Source of the DNA: Lophium mytilinum
Lineage: Eukaryota
Direction: 5' to 3'
DNA: 64,000 nt
Assembly (NCBI GenBank): GCA_010093605.1
Contig: MU004200.1
Coordinates: 310,001-374,000, forward strand
In this document: piece by piece, positions 36,433 through 48,488 of the stretch
How positions within the stretch are numbered: the stretch's first letter is position 1
How the letters are laid out: every line of letters starts with the position of its first letter
Position numbers and translations under genes: made by a program
The notes under the pieces: generated by a model
The model's database searches: none
Seen by the model: only the letters and a program-made list of their open reading frames with translations
Told to the model about the DNA's origin: nothing

Positions 36433-39400
36433 ATGGCGCTCTACGGATCCTCGCGCAACGTTGATATGGGAAAGTCAGTGCTGAGCTGCTTCTTGTAACC
36501 TCTTCCTGAGCATTTGCTGACTCTGATTGAAGGCAGGAGTCGGAGCTCGCAATCAACATTCGCAAGGCAACAAGCATCGGTACCTATCCTCCGCCTCCAA
36601 GCAACACGACACGGCAGCCTGCTGATATAGTGAAACAGATGAGACCGCCCCAAAGCGTATGGATAGTACTTCAGGATATGGAGACGTGCAGATGCTCATT
36701 GTCGCGTAGGGAAACATGTTCGAAGCTGCATTGTGTACACGTGGGACCACAAGTCCTCGGCGTCGTTTTGGGCGGGCATGAAAGTGTAAGCGCCAAATGC
36801 ACTCAGACATAGCGAGCATCGCTGATTATGATGGTCATTTCTAGCCAACCTATCCTTGCCGACGAAGTCCAGACCTTCAAAGCTCTCATCACGATCCACA
36901 AAGTTCTTCAGGAGGGCCACCCCATCGCTCTCAAGGAGGCGCAAGCGCACGTGAACTGGCTGGAGAGCTTGAACAGAGGCGTTGCCGGTGGAGAGGGTCT
37001 ACGAGGTGCGCGGCAAAGAGACCTTGGCGTATACGACCATGTATAATGGAATCACGGCTTATGATATGAACAACAGGCTACGGACCACTCATCTCGGAGT
37101 ACATATACTTCCTCCTCGCCAAACTCGCGTTTCACCGCCAGCATCCGGAGTTCAACGGTAGGAGCAACAGATGACTAGTAAATCCGAGCTTTCTGACAAT
37201 CACCAGGAACTTTCGAATACGAAGAATATATAAGTCTGAAGTCAATCAACGACCCAAATGAAGGGTAAGCGGTGCCGTTACTCGTCAAAAACTCACGCTC
37301 ACTCTGGCAGTTATGAGACCATCTCCGACCTGATGACCCTTCAAGACCAGATTGACACTTTCCAAAAGCTCATCTTTTCCCACTTCCGCAGCGGCGCGAA
37401 CAACGAGTGCAGAATCTCTGCCCTTGTAGGTTTGGTACAAGAGAGCTACGGGATATATAAATTCATAACGAGCATGCTGAGAGCGATGCATACAAGTGAG
37501 CAGCTTTTTAATTTTATGAAATTGATAACAGCTACTAACCCTTACAGCTCTCGGCGACGATGAAGCGCTGTCACCTCTCCGTGGCCGCTACGATGCCCAG
37601 CATTACCGTCTAGTCAAGTTCTACTACGAGTGCTCTAACCTCAGATATCTGACCAGCTTGATAACGGTACCCAAACTGCCACAGGACCCGCCAAATCTAC
37701 TTTCCGAAGATGAGAATGCACCGGCCTTGCCTGTACGTCCAAGGAAGGAGGTAGAGGCGCCTACGCCGACGCCTCCAAGGGTTGCATCGGTGGATCCAGA
37801 GCCAATTAACGAGTTCTGGAAGAACGAGCAGAAGCGCCAACAGGATGAATACGCGGAAGAGCAGCGCAGACTCCAGGAGCAATGGGAGGCTGCACAGCAC
37901 CAGCAACAACAGCAAGCACTTCAAGCACAGCGGGATTTCGAAGAGCAACAGCGGTTGCAAGCTGAGCAACAGCGGCTCGCCCAGGAACAATTGATGCGCG
38001 AGCAGTACCAACAACAGACCCAGGGCCGCCTTGCTGAGTTAGAGAGAGAAAATCTAAATGCGCGTGCGCAGTACGAGCGCGACCAGCTGATGCTGCAGCA
38101 GTACGACGCAAGAATGAAGGGTCTAGAGGCCGAACTAGCGACACTGAACGCGAACTTCTCCCAACAGTCCCAATCTAGAGATGATCAAATCAGAGCATTG
38201 CAAGAACAGTTGAACACATGGCGCACCAAATACGAAGCATTAGCCAAGCTATACTCGCAACTACGACATGAGCATCTCCAATTGCTCCAGAAGTTCAAAA
38301 CTGTGCAGTTGAAGGCCAACTCTGCGCAAGAAGCAATGGACGCGCGAGAGAAACTTGCGCGTGAACTCAAGACGAAGAACTTGGAGCTTGCAGACATGAT
38401 TCGCGAACGAGACCGCGCTCTCCTTGAAAAAGACAGATTCACTGGTGGTCACAAGGAAGAGCTAGAAAAGTTGAAGCGCGAGCTTCGCTTTGCATTGGAG
38501 AAGGCCGACAACGCGGAACGTGGTAAAGGTACTGAGCTGTCCGCGATGCTGTCCAGGCACAACCGAGAGATTGCAGATCTCGAGGAGGCACTGAGGAACA
38601 AGACCCGTGCTCTAGATGAGGTACACATGAAGTATCGCGATGGCGACACTGACCTAGAAAGGTCATTGCGGGAGAAAGAAGACGAATTAGAAATTTTCAA
38701 AGCCGGCATGGACCAAACACTTCTAGAGCTGAACGAGCTCAAGCTGTCTCAACACGCAAACGACAATGCCATGGATGGGCAGTTGGACAGCTTCCTTCTA
38801 GACAGCATCCAGAAGATCAACGACATCATCGACTCGGTCCTCCAAAGTGGAGTGCAACGTGTGGATGACTCGTTGTACGAACTCGACTCTTCAATGCAAG
38901 CAGGAAACCAGAATGCCTCTGGACCATATGTGTTGTCGCAGATCGAGAAGGCTTCCTCGTGTGCCATGGAGTTCTCGACTGCCTTCAACAATTTCATTGC
39001 AGACGGACCCAACAGTACCCATTCCGAGATCATTCGAACCGTCAACGCGTTTTCCAGCTCAATAGCAGATGTTCTCACTAACACCAAAGGTCTAACCAGG
39101 TTCGCATCAGACGAGAACAAGGCGGATCAATTAGTCAATGCTGCCCGACTCTCAGCTAGCTCTACCGTCAAGTTCTTCCGCAACTTGCAATCTGTGCGTC
39201 TCTACGACATGGAGCCAGAGCAGAAGACCAACGTTGTGCTCAACAACAACAGTGAGGTACTGGTCAACCTCCAGAAGCTGTCCAAATTAGCGGATGCGTT
39301 CGCACCCAAGAGCAAGATTACCACAGCCCAAGGGGATATCGGCGAGCTGGTTGACAACGAGCTGGTCAATGCCGCCAAAGCCATCGATGCTGCCACCGAG

Positions 39401-40186
39401 CGCCTGACCAAGCTGATGAAGAAGCCGAGAGACCAATACTCGACGTACGAGCTGAAGATCCACGAGTATGTCTATAGCCGTCCCCTAATCGTAAAATATG
39501 CAGCAATGCTAACTCCCTCCCTCCAGCTCCATCCTCGCCGCCGCCATCGCCGTCACAAACGCCATCGCCCAACTCATCAAAGCCGCCACCGCCTCACAGC
39601 AAGAAATCGTCCGCGAAGGCCGCGGCACCATGACCAAAACCGCCTTCTACAAGAAGCACAACCGGTGGACCGAGGGCCTGATCAGCGCCGCGAAAGCCGT
39701 CGCCTCCTCAACCAACATGCTCATCGAGACGGCCGACGGCGTCATCAGCGGCCGCAACTCGCCCGAGCAGCTCATCGTCGCCTCCAACGACGTCGCCGCC
39801 TCCACCGCGCAGCTCGTCGCCGCCTCCCGCGTCAAAGCGTCGTTTATGAGCAAGTCGCAGGACCGCCTCGAGGGCGCGAGCAAAGCGGTCACTGGCGCGT
39901 GTCGTAGTCTGGTTCGGCAGGTGCAGGATATTATTGCGCAGCGGAATAGGGATGAGGGGGATGTGCAGGATTATACGAAGCTGAGCGATCATGAGTTTAA
40001 GGTTCGGCAGATGGAACAGCAGGTATGGTTTTCACCCCGTTTCGATTGGCGTTCGTGGGGAATCTTGTTTTGCTAATTCGGTTGTTTGTGGTGCTTTAGG
40101 TTGAGATTCTGCAGCTGGAGAATAATCTTGCGCAGGCGAGGCAGCGGCTTGGGGAGATGCGGAAGTTGTCGTATCTGGAGGAGTGA
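36433..40186 (+). CDS. SLA2: Endocytic adaptor Sla2/End4 (ANTH, coiled coil, I/LWEQ; multi-exon)
   Basis: ETAPKRKHVRSCIVYTWDHKS, QTFKALITIHKVLQEGHP, FYKKHNRWTEGLISAAKAVA and MEQQVEILQLE, with GT-AG introns joining the ORF pieces. Confidence 0.95.
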
Positions 40187-41456
40187 GTGAGTGGGTGAGT
40201 GATTAAAGCGGGTTCTGCTCTGTTCTGTGCAGTGAGTGGATCAGGGGGCCGTGGAAAGGGAGTAGATGCGAGGCAGGGGTAGTAGCATAGGTGGCTGTAA
40301 CCGGGGGACTCTTTCTTGTCTCGATATCTTGACGTGGACCTGAAAATCTGATTTCGAAAGGGAACGAATGGGTGGTTCTGTTTCTTGTGGGTCGGCTTGA
40401 CAGCCAGCCGGTCGGTTTGATTCAATTCGGCGTAGAAAGACACATATCTCTTCTTCTTCCTCGCCTTTTCGCCTTTGTTCTCGGTGCTAGTAGTGCGGCT
40501 GTGGTTGTTTGTTGCATAGGCTTATATACCTTCTCCGAGTCAAGGAAGTTTGCTTAACCCTGTGCAAATCGATAAGAAGGAGAGAGTGGTTCATAAAAAT
40601 ATTGTTGCATTGCCTGATATTCTTCCCCATCCCATCCAGCATCCAGTGAACCCCCGATATTCCCATTGCCTGATATCTAGTTTCTATACTTTAAAAAACA
40701 ATCCCTAACGCTTCGACGAAGACATCTCGCCAGCGCTTTCCTAGCTTGTCCAGAAACCGCGGAAAACCCAACAATAAAGCCCCTGAACCAGCAAACGCAG
40801 TACCCAGGCCCTATCCATCACAGAGAAAAAAGAAAAGCACATGTGGGAAGCAGAATATAAATTACGTACAAAGAATCAGAAGAGCCTGTTCCATCCACCC
40901 ATACTTTGGTGGGTTGAGTGAAATCGGGGAAGGGGGTCCACTCGGTTTAGAAGATACCGTCTTCAAGAGTGGGGCATCAATCAGCCACAAATAAGACTAG
41001 CGTTATGGTATTCGAGAGTGACAAGAGAGAGAGAGATGGTCAGGTGTGACGGAAGACGCAAGAGAACTCGCGGGGAGTGGCGTTTTTGTACAAAACGAAG
41101 TGACATGCCATAGATAGATCCCAGTGAGAAGAGAAGAGAAGAGAGGGTATTATAGAAGCGGTCCATACCAGGGCCATTGACAAATGCAAAGAGACACATT
41201 GGCAGGGCCGGGCTACTTTTGATTCGTCGCCTGTGTGTTGAAGAAAGCAAGTCGTAAGAGGGAAGGCGTGGGTCGCAACGTATGGTTGGATTGAACAAAC
41301 GCCCGGAGAAGAGAAACTATTCCGTGAACTGAGGTGAGCAGAGAACGTGCTGAGACTCAATTTGAGCGAGGACACACGCAAGAACCAGGATCCGCGGGGT
41401 GATAGAGAGTATTCCAAACAGGACACCTGCATATGTTCTCGCGGGAAGTTGTGATT

Positions 41457-43852
41457 TTATATGGCTTCGGCACCAGGATATCTCCCACCAGCACCAGCAA
41501 TTGGAGGTATCACCCCTGGCTGTCTCCCTCCACCTCGTCCACCTCTCCCGCCGCCTCTACCACCCAGTCCGACACCTGGTATCGCAAAGTCGGGGTTTAC
41601 AGCGTTGGACTCTAAGATTATATCCTCTTGTCGAGGAGGTCGACGCGCGCCATAGCCGCCAGCATATCCTGCCCCTTGGTACGGAGGATACTGGCCAGGC
41701 GGCGGCGGGCCACCCATGCCTGGAGGTGGCGGCCGCCAGTTGGGATTAACACCTCTCTGGGAGACAGAGGTGAAGTGGGACGCTTCTGACGCAGCTGGCG
41801 AGCGTGATCCTTCGGCGATAGACTCGTACGAGGAATCACGTTCTAGCACAGGTTCGTTTGGGTGTAGGTGGTTTGGCGAAGCAGCGGGGAGGTATGGCGC
41901 ATTTTGTGGTATCGACGGGAGGTGTTGGTTCGCTGCGTAGCCAGGCACAAGTGCAGCAGGGAGTTCAGTCGCCTGAGGGGTATCTGCAAAGCGGGGATCA
42001 ACATCTTCATAGTAATCGGATGATTTGTTTCGGCGGTGTATTGGCGAATGGGCTAGTTGAGCAGGCAGTTCCACAGGTGAAGCTGCGATGGGCGAGAGCC
42101 CACGAGCACTGCTAGATGGAAGCGTCTGATCTGACACATTTTGGGGTGGCTCGTTCCAGTTCGCTCTAGGAGGGTTGTATTCGCTTCAGACTGTTAGCAG
42201 CGGAAAGCAGCTGTAATGGACTCGACTTACTCGGAGTATACACTCCCAGGGCTCATAGGATCACCTGGCGTCCCTTTCCGCGGTGCTTGAGGGCCATTAA
42301 ACCCTCCTCCTTGCTGCAAGGCTAGCATGCCTTGAACGTCCCCATCGCTATCCCTTAGTCCGTAGTTCATGGGTGGCGTCCCGTTTCTGGCATCCATTTC
42401 AATCGCTTGACCAATCCCCATTGGTTGCTGCATGGGAGCCACTGGAGATACACCCCCGGCGCCATAGGGAGCTGGTGACTGCTCTCGACCTGCGTAGAAG
42501 CGGTTGTTGTAGTCTGGTGGAGGGCCTCTGCCGCCACGTCCAGCCATGCCCGCGACCATCCCAGGACCCATGCCACCTCTTCCACCCCCATTCCACCCTG
42601 GCGGTGGTGGACCGCGCATGCCTTGAGGACCTCCTCGCCCATAACCTCCTCTCGGTGGGCCTCCTCTAGGGGGCCCGCCCCGTCCACGACCGTAAGGAGC
42701 TCCGCGTCCGCCTGGTCCCATCGGTGGCCCTATTGGTCCTTGTCGCATGGAACCTCCATTCTGCATACCAGGTGGAGGAGGTCCGTAGCCGTCCACGGGA
42801 AGCGGAGGAATAGTATTACCGTATTGATCTCTGGGTTGGCGCCGTCCTGATGGGCCTCTGGAGGGGTCGCGGTATTGATCCGGGCTTTCGTCTCCGTAAC
42901 CCGAACCGCCTTGCTGTCTACCGTTGGTGCTACTGCTTTTCACAGATGGGTTTCGCGGGTTTAGTGGTGTCATGTCGTCGGAGGTCTGCTGGTTTTGCAT
43001 CTCAAAGGTAGCAAAACCCCCTTTTCTGTCCCCAACCAGTGTATCACCGGTTGACAGCGGAGGTGGAGAGTCGGCCTTTGGTAGATCATCCATGACAGGC
43101 GCTTCCACAGGGTGGTTGTTGTAGTAAGTCTCGCCATTCATGTCGGCGTTCTCGGCGATCCTCTTCTTTCGAGCTTTCCTGCTTACCAAGGTTCGGCGCA
43201 TTGCACAAGTGACCACACCGCTTGCAGTGATGATGATGGTAGCGGCCAGGACAATCCATCCTCCCCAGGCCATGTGGGGCACGAACAATAGGATATCCAC
43301 CAGGAAGGCCAAGAGAGAAACGAGCAGTGTCGGAAAAGTAAGTATTAAAAGTGCTAGAAGATAGCGCGGAGAATGCGCGGGCGAATGGAAATGGGCTGCC
43401 ACAGACAGGGCGAAGCATATTAGAGTCAAAAGACATGCAATTGGATGGACAATCAAGATGGAAGAAAGCGAGTGTCTACGGTGATGTTTAGTAGGGGCCT
43501 TAAGTACTTGCTGGGAGAAGTTAATAACCTTGTAGCTGAGGGAAGAGAAAAGTCAGAGTCGTCTGCCTTGGAGAATATGCCATCTATCACAATTGGTGTC
43601 AGCTATCCGGTTCAATCGCAGCTGGCGCTCCGTGTATTGAGCGTCCGCATGGCGTCCAAACGCACCTGTGCCATATCCCACGCGCATCCCGCTACATGTG
43701 TCGCCATTGCAGTAGCCAAAGACGCCGAAATGGACGCCCTTGAAGGTGGCCAGGGGTATTGCCTTGATGATCGGCGTGGAAAGGGTCGAAAGGAGGAGCA
43801 GGACGAATGCGACGAAGAACAGGATGGACAGCGGCGTGGCTGGTCGCAACAT
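41457..43852 (-). CDS. palI: pH-response membrane protein PalI/Rim9 (SUR7 family; multi-exon)
   Basis: MLRPATPLSILFFVAFVLLLLSTLSTPII..FGVFGYC, LIVHPIAC, LLAFLVDILLFVPHMAWGGW and CAMRRTLVSRKARKKRIAEN, followed by a long Pro/Gly tail. Confidence 0.92.
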
Positions 43853-44948
43853 GGCGGCGGCGGCGTGGGCTGGAGTCGGCGGCGAAGATGCAGCTCGCCC
43901 TTGCTCGGCGGGCGAGTCTCTGGGCAGTGAGCGAGGTAGCGATGTGAGGTTGAAGAGGAGTGTGGCTGCGCAGGCGTTTGAGATGGTGAGACAGTCGCGG
44001 CGTCTAGCTCAGCGAGTCCGGGTGAAACGATGGGGAGAAAACGAGAGTCGGGTTGCTTGGGGCGCGCATTGGGGACGCGGTCTCAGGGCTCGTGGGAGGG
44101 CGCAGCGGTGAGGGCGTAGGGGAGTGAGAGCAATGGTCGCGCACGCAAGCAGAAGTTGGCAGGATAGCGTGGTGTTTGGCACAGTGATGCGCCAGCCAGC
44201 GGCAGAGCGGTGCCCAGATTCCACGCCGAGGGGGGGCTTGGGGGGCCGCTTGGACGCCAGACGTGCCGCTAGACCTGCAAACCGTTAAATTACTGCTCAG
44301 GCACGTACCACTGCGGTTAGCAGCCCGCCGGTGATAGCACGGGAGTTGTTAGAGTTGTTAGAGCACGGCTGGACACTTGGGGCACCCCGCTCCCAAGAAG
44401 CTGTACTGTCCTTCTCGAACCTCAGAACTTCACGTGCGGGCCGTATCCAATGCGACACGGCCCTGACGCCTGCAACACCACGGTAGCGCTTGTCTTCACA
44501 ATGTCTGACCGTCGCTCCAGCCGATAGCATCACTCCGCCGGGTTCCCTCCCCGGGCAGCCAGCACATCCCCGTCTCGTCCGTCTCCTTGAGCGGCTCCTC
44601 GGCCCTGGTTGGATGCCCGCGCCCCTGCTGCATAACGGAACCGCGACGGTGTCGTTCTGGAATGAAGTGCTCTGGGTTGCGACGTCTCGGCCCTGGATCA
44701 AGTGGCCTAGCCCACCCTGCTAATCATCACGCTTCACGATGCACTAGGGCTGCGCACGAACTCAAGTTTGGAAGCTTCTTTGGGCTCCGTCGTTTGTCAC
44801 TATGGGTGTGCTAGCATTTTGCCGTCCTTCAACGCCGCCTTCCTGCCAGCACGCAGACTGGTATAACAGATGGCTCCCGCACCATGGCAAGAAGCCTCGT
44901 CCAACTCTCCACCACCCCACATTTGGCATTACTCTCCAGGTCAAATGC

Positions 44949-46164
44949 TTAGTGCCCAGCCTGAGCCTGCGCACGGCGGCGGTCGCGCTCCTCGGCAATC
45001 GAGAGCTTGACACCCTTGCCCTTGGGCAGGCTGATCCATGGCTTCTCGCTGCCGATGATGAAGACGTTGCCTTCGCGGGTAGCAAACTCGTTGTCAACCG
45101 CGTCCTTGATGTGGACGATGTTGAAGCCTCCGTCGTGGCGTTCGCGATGGGTGACGACACCCACACGGCCCATGTTACGGCCACCAGTCCTGCCAATTCA
45201 GTTAGCATCGTTAAGTTGCCTCAGCTGGAAAGCACACTTACACCATGGCGATGACACCAGTGTCGAACTTGATGAAGTCCGTGATCTTGCCAGTGGCAAG
45301 ATCAATCTTGATCGTGTCGTTGACCTTGATCGCCGGGTCGGGGTACCGGATCCTGTGTACTGCGTTCAGTATGCCGTCTTCTTCTAAGCCAACGCCAAAG
45401 CTTGGTCCAACGTCTGAATGATGCTAAACTTACGTTCGTGCATCGTGCGTAACCAAGAATGGGATGCCGCCCTTTCCAAGCTGAACCCGCTTGACCTTGC
45501 CCAACTTGTATGCAGCCTGTCGAATATCAGTGACCTGTTGCCCCGTATGCTATATCCATAACTACGTACCTCCTCGGCCGTGATGCGGTGCACCGTGAAA
45601 CGGCCCTTGGTGTCGTAGACCAATCGGAAGCTCTCGCCAGTCTTCTCAATGGTGATCACGTCCATGAAGCCGGTGGGGTAGGTGGCATCGGTTCGGACCT
45701 TGCCGTCGACCTTGATGAGACGCTGCATAACGATGGCCTTGACCTCACGGCCGTTGAGCGCATACTTTAGGCTGAGGCGTTGTCAGAAGACCGTGTTCTA
45801 GAGCGAGGAGCGTGTTTCGAGTACTGACCGGTTGCGGAGGAAGACGATGAGCGGCATGCAGTCACGGAGCTTGTGGGGACCAGGTGAGGGTCGGGGAGCG
45901 TATGTGCCCGAGAGTTTGTCCAAGAGCCAATGCGAGGGCGCGCTGAGGCGCTTCTGGTGCTTCTTTCTGTGTAGAGAATCTTGTCAGTCCCAATTTTACC
46001 AAGCAGTGCTAAAGTATAGGCATGAAATTGGTGAGAGCCCCCAGCGTCGAAGAGATCCTGAGATTCGGTCCTTCGAAGATCTCCGTGAAATCTGGTCGAG
46101 GGCTGTCGCGGAAGAAGTTGCGTCGCTTGAGAAGAGAATCTAATACTTACGGTCCTCTACCCAT
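44949..46164 (-). CDS. RPS4: 40S ribosomal protein S4 (eS4; multi-exon)
   Basis: [69 protein letters not shown]. Confidence 0.97.
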
Positions 46165-46899
46165 GATTGCGATTTAATCAGAGGCGATGGTGGAGGAGGG
46201 TCGAAGTTGGCTGGGGCTGAAGTTCGGTCGTCAAAGTGCGCAAAATGGATTTCGTGGGCCCGCATCAATGGTCGGCCCGGTTAGCGTCGATAACTTGCAC
46301 GTGACTTGACACAGCATTTTATGCTTCAATTTTGGGTCAGCAAGTCTCCTTATCACTAACAAAATAACCTCTATGTGTCTGAGGGCGCATAGACAGAGGC
46401 TACATATAGCGTTTCAAATCCTTGAATTGGCTTGGTAGTGTTGTCACATGAAAAGTTAAAAGTAGCTTCTAATCATGAGCATGTAGCCTGTGGTATCTCA
46501 TATCAAAAGAAATACCAGTTTAAAAAGACTGAATACGATCAGAGGAACAGCCCATGCCTGGAGGAAAGCTATTAATTCCTGTTCTATGAAATAGTCATCT
46601 TCAAGCCCCTTCTCCCGATCTCTATGACCATGAGATGAGACGATGCTTTGAAAGCACAGGCATGGTTCCACTACTTCCATCCACATTTGTACTTATGCTC
46701 TAGTGTACCTTAAAAACGGGCTGGTATCTCTTAAGGTTTGGAAGCTGAGTGGTGGAAAAGATAGAAGAGATCCAGCAGTCCCTGGACCGGACATGCGTAG
46801 AAGGAAGGGCAATATCAGTCCGCAGCTTTTGAAGTCTCTTTAGATTGGTATCGAAGTCTATTAAGAACTTTTGAACACTGTACCGCTTCATGCAACGAC

Positions 46900-48181
46900 T
46901 CATGCATACCCTTTTAATACAGCCGCCTCGGCATTCAATATCGACGACCCGGCTGCTCCGATAACAGCTAGAAGCACTATTAGCACGACACGAAACCAAT
47001 CCGGATGGGGGAACCTACTATTGTGGCTCAACGCAACAAACTTGATATCAAAAATCCCGCTCTCGTCCTCCCTAATCCTCCCCACACTCACAGCATACCC
47101 CCTATCCGTCTCCCTATCCAGCCGCGGCTGCGGCCTATCCGCCTCCTCCATAACCACAATCGCATTCTTCGGCGCGGACGGACACCCCAGAGTCTGAGCC
47201 TCCGAGACATACTCCCGCATCGCCTGCTTAACCTCCTCCGCACTCGGCGGGGGCCTCTTCGCAAACCGCAGCGACACACACGCCGTATGCCCATCGAGCA
47301 CGGCCACGCGATTACACGCCGCCGAGATCTTCATCGGCTGGTCCACAAACCCCGTCACATCCGCGTTCGTGCCGCCCAAGATCTTCTGCGCCTCCGACTC
47401 CAGCTTGTCCTCCTCGCCCGAGATGAAGGGCACCACATTGTCTATGATATCCATGCTGCTGACGCCCGGGTAGCCAGCGCCGGATACCGCCTGCATGGTG
47501 ACGACGCTGACCTGGTCGACGGGGCCGAATTTGGACTGCAGCGCGGCGAAGGGGATCACGATGCCGATGACGGCGCAGTTGCTGTTGCAGACTAAGAAGC
47601 CCTTCTGCAGGCTGTGCTGCTTGCGTTGGTGCTTGATGACGTCGAGGTGGGGGAGGTTGACGGTGGGGACGACGAGGGGGACGAGGGGGTCGCGGCGGTA
47701 GTTTTTGGCGTTTGAGAAGACGGCGAACTCGGCTTTTAGGAAGGCCATTTCTAGGGTAGGGGTGTAAGTAGCCTTGATATGCGAGGGATATACTTGTTTT
47801 TAGAGTGAGACACGCACCTACGTCCCCAGCTACATCGCTATCTAGACCAGAGAAGACGAGGTCGCAGTCCTTGAACTCCTCCGGTGTGCATTTCTTCACT
47901 ACTAACTCGCCAATTTGCGCTGTGAATGGAAGAGCTTGCTTCCACTTGACGGCATCTCGGTATTTCTTCCCCGCGGACCGTTCGCTCGCGCCTACTGCGT
48001 GGAGGACGAAGTGTGGGTGGAGAGCGAGCAGTAGGATGAAGCGCTGTCCTACTGACCCCGTTGCGCCGAGTACGCCTAGTCGATGGTCAGGGTAGGTACT
48101 ATGAATGCAATGCTGTCACTGACCGCACTTCTTCTTCGGGAATCCAGGGCTCTTGTTAGAGAGGAATTGTTCTGCCTGCAT
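46900..48181 (-). CDS. HOM2: Aspartate-semialdehyde dehydrogenase (multi-exon)
   Basis: [32 protein letters not shown] active site, [27 protein letters not shown]. Confidence 0.96.
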
Positions 48182-48197
48182 GTTTGCGTGTGGATGT

Positions 48198-48204
48198 TGA
48201 GTCA
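48198..48204 (-). promoter_or_regulatory. Possible Gcn4/CpcA element (TGACTCA) just upstream of HOM2
   Basis: Perfect heptamer ~17 bp from the ATG, with near-matches at ~48252 and ~48328. It fits cross-pathway control of an amino-acid gene but may lie in the 5' UTR. Confidence 0.4.
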
Positions 48205-48488
48205 ACGCGCTTGGGATCTTTTTACTTATGAGAGCACGGTTGCGATTGCGGGGAGTCAAAATAAATACGGTATGCTGCATGTTCAGCCACACAAATGGGT
48301 CACCGAATGGATAATTTTCAAAGCCCGAGACTCATCGTCGGCCTGCAGGATACCCGATTATTCATTCGTGACATGATGCCTAATGTCGTGTCGCGCCGAA
48401 ACGGCGTTTGGCCGGTCTATGCAAGAAATGACAGAGGCCTCCCAATGCATGTGAAGTGAGATATACTCCGTGCTACCCTTCCAACCGA

